IMG/VR virus record: IMGVR_UViG_3300043607_000027
Span: 1 to 41,083 of that record
DNA length: 41,083 nucleotides
Source: a virus
Reading direction: 5' to 3' (one strand)
The notes under the pieces are model-generated. The model had not been told where the DNA came from. It worked only from the letters and a program-made list of their open reading frames with translations, and did no database searches. This document shows positions 17,807-25,741 of this stretch, in pieces (position 1 is the first letter of the stretch; each line of letters begins with the position of its first letter). The translations under genes and the position numbers were made by a program.

Positions 17807-17985
17807 GCTCCGCACTCCGCGTTGAGGTTCTTCACGATCATCGTGGCGATTATGAACGTCGTCCCGCGCGCCAGGATCTCGTCCGCCTGTCCTGGGGTAT
17901 GGCGGAGAATATCGTAGCGGCCGTCTTCGCTTTTGCCCGCCGTCCTGATGAGGCTGTAGCGGATCGTGGTTTCTGTCGCTTGCAT
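17803..17985 (-). CDS. hypothetical 60-aa protein
   Basis: Internal ATG 17985 of track ORF 17803..18117, preceded by AAGGAT. The longer version would run through the terminator-like hairpin. Confidence 0.45.
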   Translation of the reverse strand: MQATETTIRYSLIRTAGKSEDGRYDILRHTPGQADEILARGTTFIIATMIVKNLNAECGA

Positions 17986-18025
17986 CTGTTTATCCTTTTC
18001 ACTGTTTACATAAAGGACCGGAGCC

Positions 18026-18063
18026 GGAGCCAGGGTCGCTCGAGACGACAGCGCCCTGGCTCC
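18026..18063 (-). terminator. hairpin after the PEP-CTERM gene (weak intrinsic terminator)
   Basis: ggagccaggg / ccctggctcc form a 10-bp stem, extendable by cgct/agcg with a 1-nt bulge. On the minus strand it is followed by ..ggtccTTTAT. The U-tract is short. Confidence 0.35.
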
Positions 18064-18088
18064 GACAGTGACGGCGATAAGTGCTGAC

Positions 18089-18754
18089 CTATGCCGCGCA
18101 CGCCACGTTGCTACCACGCCGCTTCCGCCGCGTCAGGCCAAGGCCGACCATGCTGGCGCCCAACACCGCCAGCGAGGCGGGCTCCGGCACGGACGATGCC
18201 GAGACATCACCCGTGAACGACGCGGTGAACGAACCGATGGTCGCGCCGTCGATCGCCAGCGCGTTCGACAGGTTGACGAAGGTCAGGTTGAAGCTCGACG
18301 GCGCCAGCAGCTGATCCGCCGGGACCACGTTGGAGGTCAGCACCAGTTGCTCTGGCGGGTTGGAGACCTGCACCGTCAGGCCGGGGCCGCCCAACGCGCC
18401 GAAGGCGGCGTCAGTGAAAACACCACTGAGGTAGTTGCCGCCACAGCCAGCGATGGACGAAACGCAGAACGTCCCGGAAAAATGCTGAATGACGAAGCCG
18501 CCAAACGTCGCCGCCGCGTCGATCGAGGTCGCCGCCAACTGGAATGATGCGCCCGCGACGTTGAAGGCGCCGCCGCCGAGCGTCACCAGAGTCCCCGAAG
18601 CGATCGACAGGTTGGTCGTGGTCCCGTCAGAGGTCGCCGTGACGGTGTTGGCGCCGCTTTCCTGCGCCATCGAGGTGATCAGCGCGGCGTAGGCCGTTGG
18701 CTGGAAGAACATCGCCCCCGTAACGATGGCCGTGGTCATCAACAATCGTTTCAT
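18089..18754 (-). CDS. secreted PEP-CTERM-anchored protein (moron-like)
   Basis: 221 aa from ATG 18754 (GAGGGAGA upstream). Signal peptide MKRLLMTTAIVTGAMFFQPTAYA. The C-terminus VPEPASLAVLGASMVGLGLTRRKRR shows the full PEP-CTERM pattern (PEP, TM helix, Arg cluster). Confidence 0.8.
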   Translation of the reverse strand: MKRLLMTTAIVTGAMFFQPTAYAALITSMAQESGANTVTATSDGTTTNLSIASGTLVTLGGGAFNVAGASFQLAATSIDAAATFGGFVIQHFSGTFCVSSIAGCGGNYLSGVFTDAAFGALGGPGLTVQVSNPPEQLVLTSNVVPADQLLAPSSFNLTFVNLSNALAIDGATIGSFTASFTGDVSASSVPEPASLAVLGASMVGLGLTRRKRRGSNVACAA

Positions 18755-18875
18755 CGTGTGTCTCCCTCTGTGTTTGTGTTCGTAGCCACTCATTCTGGCG
18801 CTCCAGATCCTGTACAAGCAACTCCAGTTCATCGAGCCGGCGGCGCAGATCGTTGATGAGATCGGGGACCATCAT
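18627..18875 (-). CDS. hypothetical coiled-coil-like protein
   Basis: 82 aa from ATG 18875, with GGGAGG 8 nt upstream. The N-terminal half is DLINDLRRRLDELELLVQDLERQNEWL. The 3' 128 nt overlap the PEP-CTERM gene, so its extent is uncertain. Confidence 0.4.
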   Translation of the reverse strand: MMVPDLINDLRRRLDELELLVQDLERQNEWLRTQTQRETHDETIVDDHGHRYGGDVLPANGLRRADHLDGAGKRRQHRHGDL

Positions 18876-19053
18876 TGTTCGTTGCCTCCCATTTATCAGC
18901 GATCTTCCGGAGTATCGCCGGCACCAAAGGCATCCCGACCGACTTCGACAAATCACGTATTTCCGACGAGCACGTTCCCGTGGCGATGACTTCGCCATCC
19001 AGTAGCACCTCAATGATGAGCCGCTGGCTCGTTATGGAATCACCGTTTGCCAT
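18829..19053 (-). CDS. small protein, paralog of 37326..37502
   Basis: 74 aa. The core LIIEVLLDGEVIATGTCSSE..VGMPLVPAILRKIADKWEA is shared with the portal-proximal copy. No family recognised. Confidence 0.65.
   Translation of the reverse strand: MANGDSITSQRLIIEVLLDGEVIATGTCSSEIRDLSKSVGMPLVPAILRKIADKWEATNNDGPRSHQRSAPPAR
18881..19029. repeat. inverted-repeat copy B (partner 37344..37496)
   Basis: The reverse complement aligns to 37344..37496 at roughly 90% identity by hand alignment, including a 61-nt perfect block (18960..19020 = rc of 37356..37416). Confidence 0.9.
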
Positions 19054-19177
19054 TTACGGACCACCCGATAACAGTCAAAGCGATCTCGGCCTTTTTCACC
19101 CACTGGCGGCGGGCGAAGTCGTTCAACTCGCCCCACTTGATATCGCCGTTCGCGAGTTCCGCTGATCCATCGACCAT
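19040..19177 (-). CDS. hypothetical 45-aa protein
   Basis: MVDGSAELANGDIKWGELNDFARRQWVKKAEIALTVIGWSVNGKR. The start is uncertain: the track ORF extends to 19381 through Arg/Pro-rich sequence. Confidence 0.35.
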   Translation of the reverse strand: MVDGSAELANGDIKWGELNDFARRQWVKKAEIALTVIGWSVNGKR

Positions 19178-19227
19178 AGCCTTGGCGACAGATTCAGCAG
19201 AGGGCCAGGCGCTCGTTGCAGGATTGC

Positions 19228-19407
19228 TCACTGTCCGTTTCCATCGCGGCAGGCATTGTCGCACTCCCATTCGTCTGTTCCGCTCGGGTTGTACATCGCT
19301 TCGCGGACGCCCAGGTGGCAGCCGCAACCCGGGCATTTCGGCGTGGCCTGGTCCGGATCGTCTCGGCAATCCCGTAGCCACTGTCGGACGGTCGGAAAGA
19401 CGCTCAT
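19228..19407 (-). CDS. Cys-rich zinc-finger-like small protein
   Basis: 59 aa from ATG 19407, which forms an ATGA overlap with the polymerase stop. Contains CPGCGC..x..C..C. Confidence 0.6.
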   Translation of the reverse strand: MSVFPTVRQWLRDCRDDPDQATPKCPGCGCHLGVREAMYNPSGTDEWECDNACRDGNGQ

Positions 19408-21440
19408 TTCATATACCGTGGCCCGCGCGACCCCTCCGCCCGCAACGGAAAACCCTCGGCCCAGGCGGGCAGCTCCGACATGATCGCGCACATGCGATCC
19501 ACACTCCCAAACCCCACGGGAGGCTCGCAGACAACTTCATCATGTATGAGCGTGAGCGGGCGATAACCCTCCTGTTCCAGGCGCAGCGCGGCATGGACAA
19601 GGAGATCTCGACACAAACCCTGTACGGCGTTTTCCGTCAGCCGGCCTCCGTAGGTCTGACAGCGTTCCCATCGTTTTGTTAGCGAATTAACACTCATATA
19701 CGACACGCAATCGTTGCCGAAACGACCTGTCTCGATCAGCGGTTGGCTGTACCAGATGTATCTCCCCGAAGGCAGGCGCATCCTCAACCATTTACGGTCC
19801 TGCCTGAACCTGATGCGTCCGCCCGCCACCGCCGTCGCCTGTCCGGGATGACGCACGGCGTCGATCGCCGCCTGGTTCATGTCCTCCCACAGGCGGGGTA
19901 TTTGTTTGTAAGTCCCGCGATAAACGTTAACGGCGCGTTCCGCCTCTTCCGGGGCGAGAAGGACACTCGCCTGGGCGATGCAGGTCTCGCGGAACTTATG
20001 CCATCCCATCTGATAGCCGCAGCCAAGCACCAGGGTCTTGCCGACGAAACGGGCGCGGCTGTCCTTGGTGACGGTGGCGGGGTCGATGCCGTAAACCCTG
20101 GCGCCGATCTCGGCGTAGATCTTCCGCTCCTGGCGGAACGCCTCGACCAGATCGTCCTGCCCCGCCAACCATGCCGTGCCCACCGCCTCGACCGAGGCGA
20201 AGTCGCCCGCCGCGATCTCGTGGCCCTCAGCGGGGATGATCGCGCCGCGCAGCATTTTCGAGACGACATCAAGCGGCGGGCCGGCGATGGCGTCCACCAT
20301 CGCCGCACCGTGGTCGAGCAGTTCCCGGTAACCCTCCCAGTCCGCGACAACGTCGCGGGGGAAGTTCTGCACCTGCAACCCTTGTGAGATATACCGTCCG
20401 GTCGATGCGCCGTGATAGGACAAGAGGCCCCGCACGCGGCCATCGGCGTCCGCCCGGTCACTGATGGCCGCCAGCTTCTTGACGCTGATCTTCCCCGCCT
20501 CCAGACGGGTCCTGAGGACACTCTTCTCCAACAGTCCCACGCGGGGATCGGCGATCAGGCGCAGGACATCCCGCCGCCGCAGATCGGGGATCACCTCTTC
20601 CTCCGGTTCAACCTCTTCCAGGTCTTCGAGCAGCTCACCCTCGCGAGCAAGGTCGGGAGGTGGGGCCAGATCCACGCCGCGCTTCATCAGCCACATCTTG
20701 AGCGCGCCGATATTGGACGCGGTTTTCACGGCGCCGATGGTCAACAGGTTCATGTCGTGATTGAGGAGGGCAACGGTCTCTTCCGCCACGATCGACGCGG
20801 CGGCGACGAATGACAGGTCAAACCGCACACCCCTGTCATTCATGCTTTCCGTCAGGTCCCACACGTCGAGTTCCGGCTGGGGCAGAGCGGCCGTGGAGCG
20901 GTATACCTGGCGCTCAACCTTCACATCGACGGAGCAGTAGTCGCTCAGCCGGGTCATGCGGACCTCGTCTTCCCACCACGCCAGGGAGCCGTCCGCCATC
21001 CGCCTCGGTTTGCACATCTGAAGCATGAGACGGTAGCCGTCGCCGTCTTTCTTCATCGGCAGGCCGAGCGCCATTCCCGCCCCGTCAAGGCTGGCCGGCA
21101 GGGCCTGGGCGCGGGCGCGCGCCATGGTGCAGATCCAACGATCGATCGCGACCAGGGGCCAGCCGTGGCGTGGATGCAGGACGCCCTCGATCAGCAGCCG
21201 CTCGAACTGGGCGTTATGGGCGACGACCTCGCGCGTGGGGTCTTCCAGGTGAGCGCGATATTTCGGGAGCAGGTCCCGCCCCGGCCGCCACTCCCACGGC
21301 TCTTCCATGCCGATCGCCAGGCGGGCGACGGTGACCGAGGTGGAAGGGTCCGACGCATAAATGTATGCGCCGGTCTTCCTGAGATCGACCGTGCTTCTGG
21401 TCTCAAGATCGAGAAAGAGAAGATCGTTGATGTCGGTCAT
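19404..21440 (-). CDS. family A DNA polymerase with 3'-5' exonuclease domain (phage type)
   Basis: 678 aa. Exonuclease motifs FLDLETRS, HNAQFE and YCSVDV. Polymerase motifs A (GDFASVEA), B (RFVGKTLVLGCGYQMG) and C (LIHDEVV). Confidence 0.92.
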   Translation of the reverse strand: MTDINDLLFLDLETRSTVDLRKTGAYIYASDPSTSVTVARLAIGMEEPWEWRPGRDLLPKYRAHLEDPTREVVAHNAQFERLLIEGVLHPRHGWPLVAIDRWICTMARARAQALPASLDGAGMALGLPMKKDGDGYRLMLQMCKPRRMADGSLAWWEDEVRMTRLSDYCSVDVKVERQVYRSTAALPQPELDVWDLTESMNDRGVRFDLSFVAAASIVAEETVALLNHDMNLLTIGAVKTASNIGALKMWLMKRGVDLAPPPDLAREGELLEDLEEVEPEEEVIPDLRRRDVLRLIADPRVGLLEKSVLRTRLEAGKISVKKLAAISDRADADGRVRGLLSYHGASTGRYISQGLQVQNFPRDVVADWEGYRELLDHGAAMVDAIAGPPLDVVSKMLRGAIIPAEGHEIAAGDFASVEAVGTAWLAGQDDLVEAFRQERKIYAEIGARVYGIDPATVTKDSRARFVGKTLVLGCGYQMGWHKFRETCIAQASVLLAPEEAERAVNVYRGTYKQIPRLWEDMNQAAIDAVRHPGQATAVAGGRIRFRQDRKWLRMRLPSGRYIWYSQPLIETGRFGNDCVSYMSVNSLTKRWERCQTYGGRLTENAVQGLCRDLLVHAALRLEQEGYRPLTLIHDEVVCEPPVGFGSVDRMCAIMSELPAWAEGFPLRAEGSRGPRYMK

Positions 21441-21456
21441 GGCCGCCCCTAAGAGG

Positions 21457-21480
21457 CCGCCCGCCCCGAAGGACGGGCGG
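21457..21480 (-). promoter_or_regulatory. 10-bp stem / UUCG-tetraloop hairpin just upstream of the polymerase start
   Basis: Minus-strand RNA ccgcccgucc-uucg-ggggcgggcgg (one G-U pair). It lies 17 nt upstream of ATG 21440 and has no U-tract. Confidence 0.5.
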
Positions 21481-21535
21481 AACAGTCAGAACTCGTCTTC
21501 CATTTTCCTCGACGACAGCATCACTTCAATGAGGT

Positions 21536-21553
21536 CCGGGCATCGCTGCCCGG
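21536..21553 (-). promoter_or_regulatory. 7-bp stem / GCGA-tetraloop hairpin after the SSB gene
   Basis: Minus-strand ccgggca-gcga-ugcccgg, in the 143-nt SSB-polymerase spacer. Confidence 0.45.
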
Positions 21554-21583
21554 AATGCCGTCGATGGAAAACCGTTAACGATA

Positions 21584-22129
21584 TTAAAATTCATCCTCCA
21601 TCTCTTCGACCACGGCGTCGAAGTCCTGCGCCGCCGAGGTGCGGCCGAAAGCGCCGTCGTGCTTCAGCAACTGGACGTTGCCGAGGCCCAGCGATACGCC
21701 CACCCCGATGTTGTTGTAGACGAACGGGCGCACCGAGATGTTGGCCCAGCGCCCGGCGTAAACCGCGCGCGGGTCGGTAACCGGTTCAAGACTGGCGTCA
21801 ACGATGGCCGGCTTGTCCTTGGAACTGGCGGATATGAAGTGCCAGCCCTTCTCGTATCCCGCCATGTGCTCTTTCTCTTCGGCGCGGCGGACGACGCTCT
21901 CGGGACGGCGGGCATTAGCGGGCCACTTCTTCATGTCCTTGCCCCACACCTCCACGCACAGATCGTTGAGCGCCTTGAGCAAGGGCGCCACGTCGAAGGT
22001 GGGCGGGAGGAGTAAAGTCGTCGTATATTTCTCATCGGCGCCGTTGAACGAACTCGGTTCGATCAGGGAAGGAAAAGACAAGCGGCCGGGGCCGAGGCGG
22101 ATGGTCGATACGACTGGTTTCTGTGCCAT
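21584..22129 (-). CDS. ssDNA-binding protein, DUF2815 / T7 gp2.5-like
   Basis: 181 aa with the typical DUF2815 N-terminus (RLGPGRLSFPSL..) and an acidic C-terminal tail ending in an aromatic residue (VVEEMEDEF). It sits between the DUF2800 nuclease and the polymerase, as in known clusters. Confidence 0.8.
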   Translation of the reverse strand: MAQKPVVSTIRLGPGRLSFPSLIEPSSFNGADEKYTTTLLLPPTFDVAPLLKALNDLCVEVWGKDMKKWPANARRPESVVRRAEEKEHMAGYEKGWHFISASSKDKPAIVDASLEPVTDPRAVYAGRWANISVRPFVYNNIGVGVSLGLGNVQLLKHDGAFGRTSAAQDFDAVVEEMEDEF

Positions 22130-22133
22130 TTGG

Positions 22134-23300
22134 TTACTGGTCCTCTGTGTTGACTATTTCGAACTCGATGCGTGGAGACACCGCCACGCGCGGATCGGAC
22201 GCCGGAACCAACGTGGTTCCGGGATCGGATAGTGTGACCAGCTCATTCCATTGAGCCGGCTTCTTCAACTTCTTCGCCTTCAGGATCTTCTCGATCTGGG
22301 TGGGCGAGTGGAGTTTGGTGGCGTAGGCGTCCTCACCCAGCATGGCATCCATCGTGGGTGATGCCTCATCCTCGTTCGCCCACACCCTACGGCCGCGTTT
22401 ATCGACCAACTTCCACCCCGGAATCTCCTCGCCTTTGTCGGCGAGGGATTTGGCGTGGGCGCGGACGGCGGCGAGCCATAGGTCGATCATGTCCGCCTCG
22501 GTGAGGACAGAGGCGAGTTCCATGAGGGACAGACGAGAAGGATCGGGCCAGACCAGATCGCGCGGGCCGAACTCGGTCCTCGCCACGGCGAGGGCGCGAT
22601 CCCGCAGCGCCGGGCAATCACCGGCGGCACGGCAAAAGCGACAGTGTTCGCCCGCGAACCTGGGCGCCAACGGATCAAGCGCGGCTTCCGCGATCTCAAT
22701 CAGGTCGGCGGCGAAGTCATGGATCTCCGCCGTCGTCATCACGGTCCTCTGGGGCGGCCCGAGGGCCGGCTGGACGACCACCAGCTCGATCTGAGTGATC
22801 TCGTGGGCGAGGCCGGCGGGCAGGCTGTGCAGGGCGCCGAGGCCGTAGCCGCCCAACTGTAGATTGACCCGCCCATCGGCACGACGGACGGGGACGGCGA
22901 CACCCCGCCCGGTCTTGAAGTCGGCGACGTAGAGGACCGGCGGGGCGATGATCACCGCGTCGGCGGTGCCCCAGTAAAGCTCCGAGAGGGCGGAGAGTTC
23001 GAACGCCCGCTCCAGCAATAATTCACCACCGAGGCGATCATGCGCCGCCTGGACCTCGATCTGATAGGCGAGGATCATCTCCGCGCCCTCCGGGTCTTCA
23101 GGCAGAGCGTCGAGAGGATTCAATCCTTCAGTAATGCACGCCGGGGCCAGCGCATGCAGGTCGGTTCCGCGTTGGGCGTAGACGGAGGTGGTGTTTGGCC
23201 TGCCTTCCTCGGCCCGCATCGACCCAGGGCACATGAAGCGGCGTTCAAGGGCGGACATGCCGAGGGGCGAGTGGCCTCGCGCGGGGGGCGTGTCGTTCAC
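22134..23300 (-). CDS. DUF2800-type PD-(D/E)xK (Cas4-like) nuclease
   Basis: 388 aa from GTG 23300, which forms a GTGA overlap (the track start 23366 overlaps upstream). Features: N-terminal ..RFMCPGS.., a D..ADFKTG core and a C-terminal Cys cluster CRFCRAAGDC. Confidence 0.75.
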   Translation of the reverse strand: MNDTPPARGHSPLGMSALERRFMCPGSMRAEEGRPNTTSVYAQRGTDLHALAPACITEGLNPLDALPEDPEGAEMILAYQIEVQAAHDRLGGELLLERAFELSALSELYWGTADAVIIAPPVLYVADFKTGRGVAVPVRRADGRVNLQLGGYGLGALHSLPAGLAHEITQIELVVVQPALGPPQRTVMTTAEIHDFAADLIEIAEAALDPLAPRFAGEHCRFCRAAGDCPALRDRALAVARTEFGPRDLVWPDPSRLSLMELASVLTEADMIDLWLAAVRAHAKSLADKGEEIPGWKLVDKRGRRVWANEDEASPTMDAMLGEDAYATKLHSPTQIEKILKAKKLKKPAQWNELVTLSDPGTTLVPASDPRVAVSPRIEFEIVNTEDQ

Positions 23301-23941
23301 GCCCCATACTCCGCGAGAACCTTTCGGGCTTCCTCGGCGATGACAGGCCACGTCGAGGGATCGCACTCGGACAGGCGGCGATGGCCACCGTAAATTTCCA
23401 GGATGTTGGTGATCGCCTTGACCTTGAGCGGATGCACCGCGCCGACTTTCGACAGGAGGCTCCGCATCGCCGGCTCATCGAGGGGAGCGGGTTCCAGTGG
23501 GGGTGACGGGGCCAAGGGTGTGGCGTTGATGGGCGCTTCCGCGCCGTTGGTTTTCGCGCGGCGTGTTGGTTTTGGCGGCAAAGGCGGGGGTTCTGGCGCA
23601 ATGGCGTTATTCGCCGGCGTATTGGCGTAATCCGTTGGCGCAATGGTGGCCGCTTCCGGTTCAACGGGCTCCGGGGAATTAAATGTCACGTTTGGTGTTG
23701 ATGCGGGGGCCGCTTCCTCCGCGGCGTCCATCGCCGCTTCGTAACGGTCGTGGTCTGCTGTCGCGATCACTTCAGCCATACCAGGCACGGCGCCCCTCAC
23801 CCGGAGACTGTTCACATCGTCCACACAGAGGGCTCCCGACGCTTCTTTCTTCCTGTATTGCTCGACGTAATATCGATTCATCAGGACAAGCAGCAGCTCC
23901 TCCTCGGTCAGGTCGATCGAGCAGTTGATTGAGATACTCAC
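23297..23941 (-). CDS. hypothetical protein (Pro/Ala-rich middle region)
   Basis: 214 aa with a GTG start forming a GTGA overlap with the helicase stop. No family recognised. Confidence 0.65.
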   Translation of the reverse strand: MSISINCSIDLTEEELLLVLMNRYYVEQYRKKEASGALCVDDVNSLRVRGAVPGMAEVIATADHDRYEAAMDAAEEAAPASTPNVTFNSPEPVEPEAATIAPTDYANTPANNAIAPEPPPLPPKPTRRAKTNGAEAPINATPLAPSPPLEPAPLDEPAMRSLLSKVGAVHPLKVKAITNILEIYGGHRRLSECDPSTWPVIAEEARKVLAEYGA

Positions 23942-25284
23942 GAAGTCTCCTCCAAAAGTTGAGTGACGATCCGCCTTTTACGGCGGACGATATCGGCGAC
24001 GCGGGCGTCAATGCTGTCGGCGACGGCGAGAATGGAGATCCGCACCGGGCGGGTCTGGCCGGCGCGATAGAGACGCGCGATGGCCTGGTCGATGCTCGCC
24101 GCTGTCCAGTCGGTCTCGAGGAATATCGCCCGCCTCGCGCTCTGAAGGTTCAACCCGAAGCCGGCCACCCTGACGGAGGCGACGAGAACCTTGACGACGC
24201 CCGCGTTGAACCCGGCGACAGCGCCCTCGCGAAGGGTGTGGGCGGTTTCACCCATCAGGAGGCGGGCGCCAAGGTGATGGCAGGCGTCGGCGACGGCCTG
24301 GAGCGCGGCGACGTGAACCCCGAAGAGGACGATCCTGTCCGCGCCACCCTCGATTTCGGAACGGATGAGATCAATCGCCGCGCGGGATTTGGCGAGGGCG
24401 AGGACGCGGCGGGTGGAGGCGAGCGGCAACAACATCGCCTGGAGCCGCTGCCATCCCGCCTCGTCGCCACCTTCGATCTGGGTGAGGACGACATTCAGTT
24501 CCGCCCGCTGCCCGTCTGTCATCGTCGCCTCGACCGCGCGCCTATCGGCGGGACTGATCTCGACGGGCAGGGTGTCCACGGTGAGAGCCGGAAGATCAGT
24601 CACATCGGACAGTTTCACGCGGCTGGCGCATTTCGAGAGGATTTGTCGCAGTTCTTCCGTGTTCCTGGCCCCGACTATCACGGGGCCGAATGTCTTTTGG
24701 ACAGTGACGCAGAAATGGTTGAGGAACTGCTGTTTCTGTACCTTGCCTGGGATAAGGTTGGGGAAAAGGCGGCTGAGGTGTGGATGGAGTTCATCCGGTG
24801 AGTTGAGCACGGGTGTTCCCGTGGCGATCCAGACCCGGTTCGAACGGGTGAAGAGCGCGCCTTTGCTGTAGATCGTCGCGCCATACACGGCTCTTGTTCT
24901 CGCCGCGTTGCCATGGCCGAGAGCATGGCCCTCGTCGCAGACCATGGATTCCCAGTAAAGACGGAATAACTGCTTCCAGATTTCGACCCTTCGCATCAAA
25001 TCGTAACTGACGATGACGATATCGGCGTCGGAATCGACGACGGAACGGCCGTTGGTGATCCGCTGGACGCGGGCGGACGGACGCCAGGCGGCGATGTCGG
25101 CCATGGTCTGCGGGATCAGCACGGCGTGGGTGATCCACAGTTGCCGCCCGCCCACGGCCGCTCCGGCGCGGATGAGGGCGGCGGTTTTTCCTACGCCGGG
25201 CTCCCACAGCAGCAGGTAGTGGCCTTTGACGAGAGCCGGGATGACGGCGCGTTGATGCGCCCAGAGAGCAAGGGGAGAGGTCAC
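23938..25284 (-). CDS. SNF2-family (DEAD/DEAH-box) helicase
   Basis: 448 aa from GTG 25284, which forms a GTGA overlap (the track start 25431 overlaps the upstream gene by 150 nt). Motifs WAHQ, EPGVGKT, CDEGH, ATGTP and QAIARLYRAGQ. Confidence 0.88.
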   Translation of the reverse strand: MTSPLALWAHQRAVIPALVKGHYLLLWEPGVGKTAALIRAGAAVGGRQLWITHAVLIPQTMADIAAWRPSARVQRITNGRSVVDSDADIVIVSYDLMRRVEIWKQLFRLYWESMVCDEGHALGHGNAARTRAVYGATIYSKGALFTRSNRVWIATGTPVLNSPDELHPHLSRLFPNLIPGKVQKQQFLNHFCVTVQKTFGPVIVGARNTEELRQILSKCASRVKLSDVTDLPALTVDTLPVEISPADRRAVEATMTDGQRAELNVVLTQIEGGDEAGWQRLQAMLLPLASTRRVLALAKSRAAIDLIRSEIEGGADRIVLFGVHVAALQAVADACHHLGARLLMGETAHTLREGAVAGFNAGVVKVLVASVRVAGFGLNLQSARRAIFLETDWTAASIDQAIARLYRAGQTRPVRISILAVADSIDARVADIVRRKRRIVTQLLEETS

Positions 25285-25532
25285 CGCCGCCTGCTCCGTT
25301 CCGTCGGAGACGACGCGGGCGGCTCCCACTTGTCCAAGGTCTGAAAGAACCACTCCAGACGCATGGGCTCGTCGTCTTCCGTCGTCAGGGCGCATGTGAC
25401 CGGAGGGCACGAGGAGCGGGCGCACTCCCACTCCACCAGGACCGCCCGTTCATGGATCTTCGCGGCCTTCCGGCACATCGAGAAGCCACAGCCGGGGCAA
25501 TTAGCGTAGCCGATGGTGAGATCACCTACCAT
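25281..25532 (-). CDS. Cys-rich zinc-finger-like protein
   Basis: 83 aa with CPGCG..C..x..C..SC..C. It overlaps the upstream gene by 7 nt (ATGGTAG). Confidence 0.6.
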   Translation of the reverse strand: MVGDLTIGYANCPGCGFSMCRKAAKIHERAVLVEWECARSSCPPVTCALTTEDDEPMRLEWFFQTLDKWEPPASSPTERSRRR

Positions 25533-25741
25533 TGCTCGTCATCCGCGACGGCGGGCTCTTTAGGCAGTCCCGACAGCAGAATCGCATCCACTACAGCCCG
25601 CAATATCAAGATCCGACCGCTCAGGCGAATGGCGGGCAGTTCACCGCGCGCCACCTGGCCGTATATCGTTCGTCCAGGGACGCCCAATACCTTGGCGGCC
25701 TCTTTGATACTGTAAGTCTGAGGGGCGGTTGCTTTGGCCAT
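25526..25741 (-). CDS. helix-turn-helix DNA-binding protein (excisionase/MerR-like HTH_17 type)
   Basis: 71 aa from ATG 25741. YSIKEAAKVLGVPGRTIYGQVARGELPAIRLSGRILI matches the winged-HTH pattern. First gene of the minus-strand block. No Shine-Dalgarno sequence upstream. Confidence 0.75.
   Translation of the reverse strand: MAKATAPQTYSIKEAAKVLGVPGRTIYGQVARGELPAIRLSGRILILRAVVDAILLSGLPKEPAVADDEQW

Noticed and set aside
17604-17825. Plus-strand 73-aa ORF after the last structural gene.
   Set aside because: It has no SD. Its Thr/Ala/Arg-rich translation is less convincing than the three ATGA-coupled minus-strand micro-ORFs occupying the same DNA. Still uncertain.
19404-21440. Idea that the phage-type PolA marks a modified-base (Z-genome, DpoZ-like) system.
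   Set aside because: No purZ, datZ or mazZ-like genes, or any nucleotide-metabolism genes, are visible. There is nothing beyond the polymerase family resemblance.
25526-25741. Temperate lifestyle / immunity repressor call for the HTH gene and its divergent region.
   Set aside because: No integrase, excision, partition or CI-like peptidase domain is recognisable anywhere in the genome. The HTH looks like an excisionase/MerR-type regulator, so I do not call lysogeny.
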